Positions 34,523-47,530 of a stretch of DNA of 60,138 nucleotides are shown here, one piece after another (within the stretch, counting starts at the first letter, position 1; every line of letters starts with the position of its first letter). This DNA is from an uncultured Verrucomicrobiae bacterium. Its GTDB lineage: Bacteria; Verrucomicrobiota; Verrucomicrobiia; Limisphaerales; JAFGQR01. The translations under genes and the position numbers were made by a program. Below the pieces are notes generated by a model that worked only from the letters and a program-made list of their open reading frames with translations, ran no database searches and had not been told where the DNA came from. Where the stretch lies: contig CAWBHS010000109.1 in assembly GCA_963788655.1 (NCBI GenBank), forward strand, positions 1 to 60,138. Direction: 5' to 3'.

Positions 34523-35215
34523 ATGGAAATGCCCACGCAAGCCGCGGTGATGACGTTGAACAATGCCACGCTGTTTCCGCAAGCTTTATTGCCGCTCTAT
34601 ATTTTTGAACCGCGGTATCGCGCCATGTTGGCGGATGCTCTGCGCGCCGATCGCATGTTTTCCGTGGCCATGCAGGAGGCCGAGGAATCCGGGGAAAAAC
34701 CTTGCCGCGTCGCCGGTCTGGGGCTGATCCGCGTGTCGGTGGACCATCAGGATGGGTCTTCCCATCTCATTCTCCAGGGGCTGACGCGGGTCCAGCTCCT
34801 CGATCCGGTTCAACTTGAACCCTACCGCGTTCATGCCATCCGGCCCCTGCCCACGCCGGAGGCGGAGGCGGCTGAGGTGAAGTTGCTGGTCACCCGGGTC
34901 CATGCCCTCGTTCGCCAACGATTCGAGCAAGGCGCCTTGCCTTTCCCATTTCCCTTCGAAGCGGACACGGCAGCCAGCACCCTCCCAAAGGAGGAGGGGG
35001 ACAATGCCGGCGTTCACATCAACGACGTGCTGAAATACCTCGAGCGCCTGCCCCGCCCCGAAGAACTGGCCGACCTGGTCGCGTGCGCCTTGTTACCGGA
35101 TCCGGGAGCGCGACAGGTCATCCTGGAATCCGTGGCGTTGGAAGAGCGGTTCAAGAAACTAATTCATTTTTTGATGGAAGAAATTCGTCGGGCTTCCAAG
35201 AATCCCCATCCATGA
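34523..35215 (+). CDS. Lon protease N-terminal substrate-binding domain protein
   Basis: LFP..LLPLYIFEPRYRAML.DAL; no AAA or protease domain. Confidence 0.88.
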   Translation: MEMPTQAAVMTLNNATLFPQALLPLYIFEPRYRAMLADALRADRMFSVAMQEAEESGEKPCRVAGLGLIRVSVDHQDGSSHLILQGLTRVQLLDPVQLEPYRVHAIRPLPTPEAEAAEVKLLVTRVHALVRQRFEQGALPFPFPFEADTAASTLPKEEGDNAGVHINDVLKYLERLPRPEELADLVACALLPDPGARQVILESVALEERFKKLIHFLMEEIRRASKNPHP

Positions 35216-35679
35216 GCGAACAACAAACTTCTCAAAATTATCGAGGCGATCTCAACCGCGATGAGTTGATGTCAGCCCTGTTTGCCAATCTGGTGCTTCA
35301 GCAAGCCAACATGGCGCTGATGTTCCTGGGCAAAGTGCCGCATCCGCAGACCGGCAAAGAGGTCGTGGATCTGGAAGCAGCGCAGGTGTTCATCGACAAC
35401 CTGGAAATGCTCGAGCTCAAGACCAAAGGTAACCTCACCCAGGCCGAGGAAGGAATGCTCAAGCAAAGCCTCATGAGCGCCCGCATGACCTTCGTGGAAA
35501 CCGCCGACAAAGCTCCAGCGAAACCCTCAGAGACAAAGGACAGTGCCACGCCCTCTCCGCAACCCGGCCCAGCCAGCGCCAGCACCAGTCCGGCAAAGCC
35601 TGCCGGTGAAGCCCCGGCGGACAACTCCGCCGCGAATTCCGAAGCCGAAGCGCGCAAGAAATACGTGAAAAAGTATTAG
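35212..35679 (+). CDS. DUF1844 domain protein
   Basis: ALMFLG.VPHP.TG...DLE.A...ID.L..LE.KTKGNL motif; ATGA overlap with the upstream gene. Confidence 0.82.
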   Translation: MSEQQTSQNYRGDLNRDELMSALFANLVLQQANMALMFLGKVPHPQTGKEVVDLEAAQVFIDNLEMLELKTKGNLTQAEEGMLKQSLMSARMTFVETADKAPAKPSETKDSATPSPQPGPASASTSPAKPAGEAPADNSAANSEAEARKKYVKKY

Positions 35680-35682
35680 GGC

Positions 35683-36579
35683 GTGAAAGTACTGGCCATT
35701 GCCCTCACTGTTTGGGCCAGCGTCTGCGTCTTGCCCGCGGAAGCTGCGGCGCCGGCCAATCGTGCGTCCCGTTTCCTTGACGTCGCCGCGGTGCAAATGC
35801 GGTCCACCCACAATTTGGCCGACAACCTTGCCGCCATTCAAAAGCACCTGCACGATTGCGCCCAGCGGGGCGCACAAGTCGCCGTGTTTCCCGAATGCGC
35901 GCTGACCGGCTACTTCGAGGACGTCGTTACGCAATTGACTGCCCCGCAATTGGCTGATGCTGAAAACCAAGTCGCCGCCGCTTGCCGCACCGAGCACATC
36001 TACGCGGTGGTCGGCTCGGCTTGGCGGGAAGATGGGAAACTCTTGAACTCAGCGCTGGTCATCGCGCCTGATGGCCACGTGATCGAGCGCTATCACAAAG
36101 TCCAACTCGCGGAAAAATGGCCGCAACCGGGGGACCATCTTTCCGTGTTCAAAATCGCCGGCGTCCCTTGCTCGATCATTATCTGCCATGACGAACGTTA
36201 TCCGGAACTGGTGCGCTTGCCGGTCTTGGCCGGCGCGCGCGTGATCTTCTATCTCTCGCACGAATCGGGCTTGCGTTCCGAGCGCAAGTTGGAACCGTAT
36301 CGCGCGCAGATTCAGGCGCGCGCCGTTGAAAACACGGTGTATGTCGTTCACGCCAACGCCCCGGCCAATGACGATGCGTCCGGGTCGCACGGCCAAAGCC
36401 GGATCATTGCGCCCGATGGGAACCTCATTCAGGAAGCTTCGATGTTCCGGGAAGAGCTTTTGACCGCCACCCTCGACCTGACCCAAGCCACGGCCGAAAA
36501 CGCGCGCCGCAGCCTGACGCGCGGTCCCTTACAGGATTGGTGGAAAGACGGGTTGAGCCGCGTGCGCGTCATCGAGTGA
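35683..36579 (+). CDS. Secreted carbon-nitrogen hydrolase (nitrilase family)
   Basis: Signal peptide; FPE, YHK and ICHD.RYPE catalytic triad motifs. Confidence 0.9.
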   Translation: MKVLAIALTVWASVCVLPAEAAAPANRASRFLDVAAVQMRSTHNLADNLAAIQKHLHDCAQRGAQVAVFPECALTGYFEDVVTQLTAPQLADAENQVAAACRTEHIYAVVGSAWREDGKLLNSALVIAPDGHVIERYHKVQLAEKWPQPGDHLSVFKIAGVPCSIIICHDERYPELVRLPVLAGARVIFYLSHESGLRSERKLEPYRAQIQARAVENTVYVVHANAPANDDASGSHGQSRIIAPDGNLIQEASMFREELLTATLDLTQATAENARRSLTRGPLQDWWKDGLSRVRVIE

Positions 36580-37112
36580 AGGGCGGGAGCAAAGGCAAAG
36601 CCGAAAGCCGACGGATGAAAGCCAAGACCGGCGGACGGTAGCTCACTTTCGCTGGCGCCCATCCGGTCACACGATTCCTCTCAAAGAAACGCTGTTCTGG
36701 ATTCTCTGCAAAGCCTTCCGAACCTTTCACCGCTTCAAGCCTTCAACCGCGCATGGTGCATCCTGAAGTTGTTGGTTGCCGTTACACCCTCGTCCACCGC
36801 CTGAGGGCACGCGGCCGGCAAGGCGGGCATTTGTTGGCTGCTGAGATGGCCTTGCGCGGCAATTGCTCGTATCCTTTGGCCTAACTCTCAGGCGAGGGTG
36901 CGATCAGTACCCTTGGTAACTTCAGAGTAATTCGTCTCATTAATGTCTTTCGAAAACTCGACCTGTCATGGCACGTTCTGGGATTCCACGACTCCTGCCG
37001 GATTGATAAGCGTCACAAAGAGTAACAACAACTTCATCTAAAGTGTTCTCGCCACAATCGATTTCTTGAAAGATTCGGCCATTTGCTCCGTACATAAAGG
37101 AGACACAGGAGC

Positions 37113-37420
37113 ATGGATATGGGCAGTCGGTTGGAACGGATTGAGGATTGGGAAGTGCGGGCCAAGGAAGCGCGCTTTAGCGCGGTGTCGCTGGCAGCAA
37201 CGTGCGGCGTTTCGCGCCGGCATCTGGACCGGTATTTCAGTGACTTCCATGGTTGCTCGGCGCAAGCATGGTTGAATGCCCAGCGGCTGGAACAAGCGTT
37301 GGAACTGCTTTTACAAGGGGTGGACATCAAGGCAATCGCCTGGCAGATGGGCTACCAACAAACCTCGCATTTTTGTCGGGTCTTCAAAGCCATCTACGGA
37401 ACCACCCCGGCTGACATTTG
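37113..37420 (+). CDS. Stand-alone AraC-type HTH regulator; natural stop missing, so the frame runs into the next gene
   Basis: LA..CGVS.RHL.R.F, IKAIA.QMGY...SHF.RVFK..YGTTP; GGAG RBS; residues after about 37420 are an off-frame read of the downstream gene. Confidence 0.8.
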
Positions 37421-39704
37421 GGTTGATGCGCTTTGGCCACGGGCGGGCCTTTCTGCAAGGGGTGGGCGACACGTTGCTGGAAGTGCCGGTAACCAAACAG
37501 TGGCGGACGATGGAGGGGCGCACGTTTTTGGTGGAAGCGATTCCAGTGGCGCGGGTGAGCGCCGCCCTGCGCCGGCTATCCCGGCCGCACGGGGCCTCAG
37601 TGGCGCCGGTACGCGATTCGATCCGGCACGTGGTATCAGTCCGTCGCCAGTGGCCGGCTCCCCGACTGGCGCGGACGACACCGAAAGATGCGGCCCCGAT
37701 GCAAATGGCGCAAGCCATGGCGCCCTCCCAGGGGTTGGTGCTGGACTGGACGGCCGTCAACACGGCCACCAACTGGGTATTTGAGGCGAACACCACCTAC
37801 TATGTGTCCGGGTCAGTCAGCATAGACGGAGCCGTTTTTGAGGGCGGAACCGTTTTGAAGTACCTGAACAGCACCAACGTAAAGGTCAGCGTCACTGGTC
37901 CGGTGGTATGGAAGACCGGGCCGTATCGGCCGGCGGTGTTCACCTCGAAGAACGACAACAGCGTGGGGGAGACGTTGTCCGGCAGCACGGGCGCCCCCTC
38001 CTCGGTCAATGGCGCCACCTACCTGGAACTGGACGCCGAACAGGACGGCGAACCTTTGTCCTACCTGCGCATGGCGTACGCGGGCGTTGGGGTGCAGGCC
38101 GGCTGCTGGGACGTGCCGCTGTGGCACAGCCAGTTTGTGCAATGCCAAACGGCCGTGCGGCATACCGACGACGGGCTGGTGCTCGAACTCGACAACGTGC
38201 TGGTGTCGCGTTGCGGCACCCTGGCTGGCGGCAGCGTGACCAATCTGGCCGGGACACACGTAACGATTGACCAGCTTGACCGGATGACTGATGCCGGGGT
38301 GAGCGTGGACGGCCAGTTCACCAACAGCATCCTGAGCGCGGTGACCAACGCCGGGACGCTCTCGCTGGAGTCAAGCGTGGAAGCGGCGTCGGCCGCGGGC
38401 GTGTTCCAAACGGTGGGCGGGGCCAGCTATTACCTGGTGGACAGCAGCACCAACCGGGATGCGGGCACCTCGGCGCTGGCCTCCAACCTGTTGGCGGCGC
38501 TGGCGCTTAAAACGACGTATCCGCCGTTGGTCTATTCCAATGTCACGCTGACGACGAACCTGACCTTGGGGCCGGCAGTGGCGCGAGATACGAACACCCC
38601 CGATTTGGGGTTCCATTACGACGTGCTCGACTATGCATTTGGCGGCTCGCATGCGTACGCCGAGTTGACGTTTACGGCGGGAACGGCGGTGGGGTGGTTT
38701 CGCACCAGCTCGGGTTGGTATCACGCCGGGCACGGCATCCACATCGGCGACCAGCACGAAGTGTCGTTCGAAGGCACCCTGAATGCGCCGGATTACTGGG
38801 TGCGGTGCTGCACGGTGCAGGAAGGGTGCAACGGGTACTGGGAGGGCGGTTACGGGCCGGGCGGGATCTCGGGCTGGACCTGGCCGTATTTGACCAACGC
38901 GCCGACGGTGCGGGCGTGCTACACGCGGTTCGCCACCCTGGCGACCGAGGGCAACCATTTCCGCGATGACTGGGGATATTTGCTGGTGCGGGTGAGGGAC
39001 AGCGAGTTCTGGGGCGGGAGCGTGGGGGGCTACATTTACTCGGCGTGGTACACCAATTGTCTGTTTGACCGGACCAGTTACTGGTTGTATGGGGGGCGGC
39101 CGGAGACGAGCCTGACGATGCAGAACGGCACCTTTCACGGCGGCCAGTTCCTCATCAGCCGGTCAACCTCGTATGGGGAAGGGTACACGCCCATCGTCTT
39201 GCGCGATATCGCCTTTGACGGCACGGCCGTCAGCACCGCCGATCCCTACGCGAGCAATGCCAGTCTTTCGGATTACAACTACAATGCGTTTCTGACCAAC
39301 GGCTCACTGACCACGCCCCAGGGAAGCAACGACGTGTTGGTGAGCAGCTTTGACTGGGAAACGGGCAATCTCGGAGACTTCTATCTGCCGACCAATTCAT
39401 TGTTGATCGACGCGGGCAGTGTGACCAACGCGAGCTTGTTGGGCTTGTACCATTACACGACGACGACCAACCAGGTAAAGGAAGGGACGACCAGCCGTTG
39501 GACATTGGCTACCACTACGTGGCAGTGACGAACGTGGACGGAGTGTGGTTGCCCATCGACACCGATGGGGACGAGATCCCTGACTATCTGGAGGACCGTA
39601 ACGGGGATGGGCTCTTGGATGACGGTGAAACCGACTGGTCGAGTTACACGACCATTATGGGCAACGAACCGGAATTGCAACTATTCACCCCACTTCGACA
39701 ATGA
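37411..39704 (+). CDS. Large beta-rich extracellular-type protein (probable beta-helix, C-terminal DxDGDxxPD repeats), apparently lacking its 5' end; frameshift near 39490
   Basis: ORFs 37276..39528 and 39498..39704; internal repeat RDTNTPDLGFHY / DIGYHY; no signal peptide visible. Confidence 0.7.
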
Positions 39705-39766
39705 GAGTTGCCTCCGCGCCCAGGCGTGATACCAAGCACAACCATAACCTCCAACGCTTACCTTTT

Positions 39767-42700
39767 ATGACTCGAAACTCTTTTCCATTTTCGCCCGCCA
39801 GCAAAACAGTCTCCCTGTTTCTTGCTTGCCTGATGCAAGGACAACAAATGTCGCAGGCCACGTTCATTGCCGAGCGGCCGTTGCCTCCAACGCCGCCGAT
39901 ATCGATTCCAATATGGGCGCCGCCGGTGTCGGTGCCGCCGCCGGTCAATGTCAGTCCAGTACAAGGGACTGGGCTGCCTATCAACGGCAGTTGCCAGCCG
40001 GCCTATTTTCAAGCCCGCAGTGTGCAAACAGTTCGAAACAAGATTGGTACCTAACCTGCTGAGCATGGCCGAGCATGGAAGATACCTTGATTTGACTATC
40101 ACTGAAGAAGCCGACTCGGATTGTTCAGATGTTGGAGGTGATTACGAAATCTACCACGGGTGTCTTATGTCTGGATTTGAGAAGGATAATTATCCCACCC
40201 TTATATGGCCCATTAATCCTGTTCCTGGGGAAATGGAATTTTGCAGCAGCGTAAGCTGGTCAAACGCTTGCTACGTGCTGGTTTACTATTTCACAAACGA
40301 CCCAGGTGCTTCAGGCAGTTGTTTTCCGGCCTTCTACGACGACCCTTCTGGAGAGGCCTTGTACTGCTATGTCGAAGGGTGCGAGAGTTTTGAGTCCGGC
40401 GACGGGAGCGATTGTCAGACCTTTGTGGTTGACAGCGGTATGGAGTCTTGTTTCGCGCTTTACGTTGCTGCCGAAGTACGACGGAGGCACGTATGATTTT
40501 CAACGCTGCTTTACCCCATACACTCTCACCAATTATCAAACCCAGTCCTACGACGTGGATGGCTGCCCCTCCGACCCACCTACCGTCAACAACTATTATG
40601 GTGGGTTGATTATCGCTGACAACATACTTACAACCAGTCTCGAGTTGACGGAGAGCGTATGGCGGCGGGCCTCTGGATCCGGATACACCCCGTGCCGCCG
40701 CATTTACGCCCTGACCAACGAATACACGACCGCCCGGCTCTTGGCGGTAGCGCAGCAGGATTTAACTGACGTAGGCGAGTGGGGAGAGGCGGTCAGCCGG
40801 GACAACTGCGGGGACCGCAGCACCAATTCCAGCCCGGACTTTACGTCGTATCGAAACCTAGCAGCCAACGAGCTGTCAGTGACCTTGCGTAGCGCCGGGA
40901 TACTCACTCACAATTTCCGATTCGGACGTGCAGACCGAGTACCGGGTCACCTGGAACTTTCAGGAAACCATTGGTGGCAACACCACCCAGTATGCCGAAG
41001 GACCGGAGACGTATTTGGGAACGGGCACCACGCTGGCGATCCTCAAGACCAACAGCCCGCCGGCGGCCAATGGTACGAAGACCCTGCTGGGAGTCGAGAT
41101 CATGGCAGTGCCGGTTCCGGGCATGCTGACGCAAGGCGGGGGCATCATCGGTTGTAGCGGTGGATGTAGCTCTGGCAAGGAAGGGATGGGGTTTTCGGCG
41201 AGTCCCGGGCGGGCGGAGTTTTGGAACAACGGGGTGAACATGGCCTTCTCGCTCGGCATGGCCAATGCGGAGAGTTCCGGCGGCATGTTGCGCGTCACGA
41301 GTCAGGAGCCCAGCGAAGACTTGGCCAGCCCCGTGTTGCTGCAGTTCGTGGGGGATTTGTCGCGAGTGAGCCTGAGCACGAATCAAGATGGCTCCTTGCA
41401 GCAGATCGACGGCATGCAAGTGCGTGTGAAGGTGGTGCCCGATACGTACGAATACGACCTGGAATTCTACATTAACCAGGAGGGCGGTTACGCGGAAACG
41501 GCCTTTGTCACCTACACGATTCAAAATCCCAACGGCAGCACCAACAGCAACACCCTCCGATCATCGAGCAGCGCAGCGGCCGGTCGATTACCAACGAGTA
41601 TGCCTACCTGGGCGACGACACGTGGCAGTTGGTCCAGGGCAACGGGCTGCAAGGAAGCCGCGTGACCCGTGATGAAGACGTGAATGAGCGAAACCGTGAC
41701 CTACATCCGCGAGGTGTTTGATCCGGTAACTTCGGAAACCTTGAGCGAGGTCCAGGAACTGTACGGCACGTTCGATTGGGGGCAGGGACTGCTCTCCTAC
41801 ACGGTCGATCCAGATGGGCTCGACCTGGTGACCACCAACACCTACGACCAGAATGGACGGCTGTCACAAAGCGTGCGGCCCGATGGCTCGTGGACCATTT
41901 ACGCATACGACGCCTCCGGGCGGGTGGAGACCGAGTATTCGGCGTATCTCAATCAAGGCCCCACATCCAACGCGCAACTGGGCCGCACCACCACCTACAG
42001 CTACACCACGCTCGGATCGCCGGATGTGGCGAGCGTGAACCCCAATTCGCCGCGCGTGGTTACCGAGAGCATCCAGGGCACGCCGGTCCGGCGCACCTTC
42101 ATGCTGTATCTGCCGGGAGAGACCCGGCAATACCAGGCGGCCAGCGCCAGCGCCGACTGGGACGATGCCGACAACCTGGGCACGACCAACCGCTACATTG
42201 CCAGCGGCACTGACATCGGGCAGCCGTTGGTGACCGATCACCCGGACGGCACGCGGCAGAGTTACGTCTATGGATCGACGCCGACCACGCGGACGGTGAC
42301 CTTCTATTCCGGGCAGGCCGATCCCAACAATACCAGCAACATTCTCAGCGGGACCAAGACGGTTACCACGCAAGGCAGCTACGGGGAAACCCTTTCCACG
42401 GTCGTCTATGATTACCCCGGCGGGGCCGTGGTCGATTACCAGGCCAATGCCTTCGACGAACTGGGGCGGCTGACCAACAGCGCGTACCTGGACAGCACGC
42501 AAACCCACGCGACGTACCAGGACTGCTGCAACGTGAGCACACAAACGGATCGCGAGGGCATCGCCACCACGTTTTATTACGACGATTTGCGCCGGCAGGT
42601 GGCCGCGGTGCGGAACAACATCAGCCTGACCAACCATTACGGCCCCGACCCGAACCGGGTGCTCACCTACCGTATCGCGCAAGGGACCAACGCGATCCAG

Positions 42701-45700
42701 GTTGGCGACGCCACCTACGATCCGGCGGGGCGCCTGGTGTGGCGCTATGACGCCTTGGACCAGCTTTCCGGCTTGGGAGTACGATCACCTGGTCACCGGA
42801 GAAAACGTGACCACCCTGACGCGCTACACGAATGAAACCTCCGGCGTGACCACCATCCAGGCGTACGCGCGGGACGGTTTCCTGCTGGAGAACAGCGGTT
42901 CGGCCGTGCATGGCGTGCGCTACGAGCCGGCGGTGGAAAGCGGCCTGGTCACCCGCAAAGCCATCCCGCTGGACGCCCAAGGCTCCGATACCGGTGAATG
43001 GGTCAAGACCTGGACCGACTTCCTGGGACGCGACTTCAAGACGGAGTACCCGGATGGCGGTTACCAGCAGTCCTTCTTTAACGCGCGCGGGCAGGTGTAC
43101 AAGTCCACGGACCCCGACGGCGTCACCACGCTCTACGCCTACAATGGGCGGGCCGAGTTCGAGTACACGGCGCTGAGTGCGGCCCGCGGCGACAGTATCG
43201 ACGTGGCCAATGACCGGCTACGCAGGCGGTCACGGCCGTCGTCACCAACGATGCCGGCTGGGTGGTGCACCAGACGTGCACCTACGCGTGGCCGACCCCC
43301 GGCTCCAGCGTGTCAAACCTCTTGAGCGTCAGCGAGGCTTCCACCGACGGGCGCTTTACACGCTCGGTCCAGGGGAACCGGACCAACGGCACGTGCAGCG
43401 TGACGGACGGGGCGGGCTACCGGTATGTGACCAACGTGGCGCCGGACGGCACCTGGAGTCTGAGCACCTACCACAACGGCTGGTTGGCGTCCATGGTGCG
43501 CAAGGCCGCCGACGGAGCCCAACTGGCCCAGGTTACCTACGGCTACGATGCCCACGGCCGGCTCACCACCATGACCGACGCGCGCACCGGCGCGACCACC
43601 TACCAATATGACGACCTGGACCGGGTAACCGCCGTCACCACCCCGCCGCCCGATGGCGTGGCGGGCGCCCAAACCACGACCAGCGCGTACGATGTCCTGG
43701 GCCGGGTGTGGCGGACCGTTTTGCCGGACAGCAGCACCGTGACCAACGACTATTACGACACGGGTGAACTGCGGAGCACCGCCGGCAGCCGCACTTACCC
43801 GGTCGAATATTCCTACGATTACGCCGGTCGCATGCAAACCCTGAAAACCTGGCAGACCGCCGGCGAGGAAAACACTGCCGCCACGACCACCTGGCACTAC
43901 GACGGCCTGCGCGGCTGGCTCACCAACAAGACCTACCCTCTGGCCAACGGCCCCGGCTACGCGTATTCCAAGGCGGGCCGGCTGCTGAGCCGCGCCTGGG
44001 TGCGCACGGTCAGCGGCAGCATCCGGTTGACGGCCACCTACGTCACTAACACGTTCGGGGAGGTGGCCGAAATCCATTACAACGACAACGGCGCCACGCC
44101 CGGCGTCACCAACACCTACGACCGGCTGGGACGGTTGGTGACCGTGAGCACCGGGGACAGCCTGTTGGGCCGCACCTACGACCTGTGGGGCCGGTTGACC
44201 AGCGAATCGTTCGACGGGGTCACCGTAACCAACGCTTACGACACGTTGGGCCGGCGCACCAACGTGACCGTCGATCCCGCGGCGCCCCTGCTCAGCCAGG
44301 CGTATGCCTTCGATCCGCAGACCGGCCGGCTGCAAAGCGCGGGCCAGGGTTCGGTCGCCGCCACCTATTCTTATGTTGCCAACGCGGCGTGGGTTGGGCA
44401 GATTGACTTCCAGCACAATGGCCAAACGCAGATGAGCGCGAGCAAGAGCTATGATAATCTCAACCGGTTGACGCAGGTGGGCTACGTCACGACCGCGCCA
44501 GCCACCGTGGCGGCCTTTGGCTACACCTACAACGCGGCCAACCAGCGCACCAAGGTGACGCTCGGCCCCGACGGCGCGTATTGGGACTACGGCTACGACG
44601 AGTTGGGGCAGGTGACTTCCGGCAAGAAGTATTGGAGCGACGGGACGGCGGTGGCGGGCCAGCAGTTCGAGTATGGGTTTGACGACATTGGCAACCGGCG
44701 CTGGACCCAGGCCGGGGGCGACGCCGCGGGGGCGAACCTGCGGCTGGCCAATTACACGAACAACCTCAACAACCAGCTCGTGGGGCGGGACGTGCCGGGC
44801 ACCAACGACGTGATCGGGATCGCGCACGCCAGCGCGGCGGTCACGGTGAACGGAGCGGCGGTGTCTCGGAAGGGGGAATACTTCTGGAAGGAAGTGCCGG
44901 TGGGCAACGCGGCCGCGCCGGCGTATGCCGGGGTGACCAACCAAGCGGTGTTCCAGGGAACGACGAACACGGTGGAAGGACATTTGCTCGTGGCCGCCAC
45001 GCCGCAGACCGTCTATTACGACAACGACGGGAACGTGATCTATGACGGGTTGTGGGCGCGGCAGCGGGACGGGGAGAACCGGGTGAAGCTGGTCATGGCC
45101 AATCCGTTCCTGCCGGGTGCGGCCCGCGCGCAGGTGGTCTGGAGCTATTATCCCGACGGGCGATGGCAGCAGCGGGTCGAGTACCGGTGGGAGAACAACA
45201 ACTGGGTGGCCCAATCGACCAACCGGTTTTTGTGGGACGGGCAGCAACTGCTGGCGGTGCTGGATCACACGAACGGCCTGGCGCTGTCGTTCCTGCGCGG
45301 CCTGGACCTGAGCGGGACGCCGACCGGGGGCGGCGGCACGGGCGGACTGCTCGCCTTGACCGTCTCGTCAGGCGGGCAGAGCACTGAGTACTTTTACTGT
45401 TCGGACGGCAACGGGAACGTCACGGCGCTGGTGGACGCGAGCACTGGCAAGGTGGCCGCCCGTTACGAATACGGCCCCTTCGGGGAAGCGGTGCGTGTCA
45501 GCGGGGAAGTGGCGGCGACGAATCCGCTGCGGTTCAGCAGCCAATACACGGACGGGCTGACCGGGGAGGTGAAGTATCTCTACCGCGTCTATTGGCCGGA
45601 ATGGGGGCGGTGGCTAAGCCGAGACCCCATCAACGAACGTGGCTTCAAGATTCTCACTCGCAGCCGAACGCGCTCCAATCAGAATGAAGGGAAGAACCTT

Positions 45701-46218
45701 TACGTTTTTGTCACGAATGATCCGCTAAGAATGTCACGACCCATTGGGCACGAGCCTGATCGGCGGCCCAGCAGATGTATTCCCCGACTCGTGGGCTATC
45801 AGCGGCGACAATTCCCCATATGGAAAGGCAGGGGGCTGGTACGCAGTCCACTGTGCTTCGCACTGTTACGCGCGCAGCCTGAATCGGCTATTAAATTGCC
45901 CCATAGAACATGAATGGAGGTATGATTTGATTTGGACAGTCAGTTGGGAGATATTCGAGGCCGTTGCCGATGCGGCTGGGGTTGAGGAACTTCACGAACC
46001 TTGGTACCGATCATTTAACGGACGTTGTTGCCAACAGCTACGGTACAGCACTAGGGGCATCGTGTGGTGGTCCTTGTCAGCGATGCGGATTTGACATCCT
46101 GGATAAGGCCGAAAAGGCCCGGGATTGCTGTGATAAAGGCTGCGCTGCCGCACAAAACCTCTTCATGTTGGTTGCGCATATGTTCCAGAGCAAGACGGGG
46201 GAGCCATGGGAGGAATAA
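39767..46218 (+). CDS. Rhs/YD-repeat polymorphic protein 1 (Cys-rich N-terminus, core, tip CT1 45750-46218); many frameshifts
   Basis: YD..GR repeats; DGNGNV.ALV, YEYGPFGE, NPLRFSS, GRWLSRDP, DPLG; stitched from nine ORF fragments. Confidence 0.85.
41310..45627 (+). repeat. Rhs core direct repeat, copy 1 (about 4.3 kb)
   Basis: Aligns to 47544-51862 at an offset of about 6235 with scattered substitutions. Confidence 0.95.
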
Positions 46219-46220
46219 CA

Positions 46221-47414
46221 ATGAGCGTCACCTCAACAAGCGCTCAACGCACTTTGAAATGGGCCTGTGCCGCTTTGATCGGGTTGGCGCATTCGATGAC
46301 TTTTTCGGGACTTTCCGCTGAGTCAGGATCGAATTCAGTGCCGCTTCATTTCAAGTTCAATCGATACACGGCTGAGAATGAAGCACTTTACAGGTCGCGC
46401 GATAGCTCCGGTAGTTATGACAACGATGTCACCGCGCTGTTCGTAAACTCACGGAATCGACTATGGGTCGGGACGGTCACGGGGTTGAGCATGTATGATG
46501 GCACGGAATGGGAGAAGAGAACGTTTCGACGCGAAGTGTCGGCAGGTCCGCTCGGCTTTCTTGCGCGGCGTAGCTCATTTGGTCCTAGATACTTTACAGA
46601 GGGACCTCCGGGCGAGATATGGCTAGGTGGGGGGTGTGCTCTAACGCGCTTCCGCGAACGGCGGTATGAAGGAATAGACCCTGGCACTACCGCGCGTGGG
46701 GTGGGCATCCTTGGCATGGCTGCGGACCGTAACGGATCGCTTTGGGTTGTTACCCACGCGAACGTCCAGAAATACGATGGCAAGACTTGGACTACAGTAT
46801 TGAGTCCATATCCGGGCCGGGTCCGCATGGAAACCGCGACGCTCTCGGGCGCAGCGGTTGGAACGAATGGAGATGTGTGGATCGGTGGAAATGCTTGGGG
46901 CAAACTGACGAAACCCTTCGAGCATAAAGGTGCAATCTGGGTCGTAGATCAACAGAACAGGACGCGGAACGGAGGCCCACCGATGGCCCCCCTCTTTGAA
47001 TTCGACGGAAAGAAGTGGAAAGCGTATGGAAAGCCTCAGGGATTAAATGCTGGGTTTGCAGTTCCGGAATTGGACGGGCTGGGTAGTGTCGTGGCAAGGA
47101 CGCCCGCAGGATATTTCGTCCACAAAGGGGAGACTTGGGAACCCGTTGGAGAAGCCGTCGCCCTTGCGGGGAGGCGTTGGATCTTACGGATGCGCAAAAA
47201 GGGGTTGCTCGAAGGCTATTCAGAACTTCTCTTTCGGGATGGGCAACATCTGGTTGAAGTTCGGCCGACCGATGCTCAGACGAGGAAAATATTCGACGTT
47301 GGGTTAGAACAGTTCGGTCTATTGCGCATTGCTGAAGATGGGGCCAGAGACTGTGTTTGGCTGGGCACAACGCACGGTCTATACAGGATTTGGCCGGAAA
47401 AAAAGGGGGATTGA
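46221..47414 (+). CDS. Exported beta-propeller protein (two-component regulator propeller-like repeats); candidate immunity/partner of CT1
   Basis: Signal peptide; LWVGT..GL..YDG..W repeats; starts 2 nt after the Rhs1 stop. Confidence 0.75.
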   Translation: MSVTSTSAQRTLKWACAALIGLAHSMTFSGLSAESGSNSVPLHFKFNRYTAENEALYRSRDSSGSYDNDVTALFVNSRNRLWVGTVTGLSMYDGTEWEKRTFRREVSAGPLGFLARRSSFGPRYFTEGPPGEIWLGGGCALTRFRERRYEGIDPGTTARGVGILGMAADRNGSLWVVTHANVQKYDGKTWTTVLSPYPGRVRMETATLSGAAVGTNGDVWIGGNAWGKLTKPFEHKGAIWVVDQQNRTRNGGPPMAPLFEFDGKKWKAYGKPQGLNAGFAVPELDGLGSVVARTPAGYFVHKGETWEPVGEAVALAGRRWILRMRKKGLLEGYSELLFRDGQHLVEVRPTDAQTRKIFDVGLEQFGLLRIAEDGARDCVWLGTTHGLYRIWPEKKGD

Positions 47415-47471
47415 ACCCGGGGAAATGAACCTCCCGAGTCAACCAACGCAGGTGGCGCACCATGAAATCTG

Positions 47472-47530
47472 ACGCTGGCGCAGTTTCTCAGCTACGAACC
47501 CCTCTCCGGCGAGGGAAAGCTCGCTTACTC
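47472..47530 (+). repeat. 59-bp junction element, copy 1
   Basis: 51 of 59 identical to 59845-59903 by manual alignment. Confidence 0.85.

Noticed and set aside
36580..37110. Integrase attachment site at the Rhs island edge
   Set aside because: No tRNA, integrase or flanking direct repeat found in the window.
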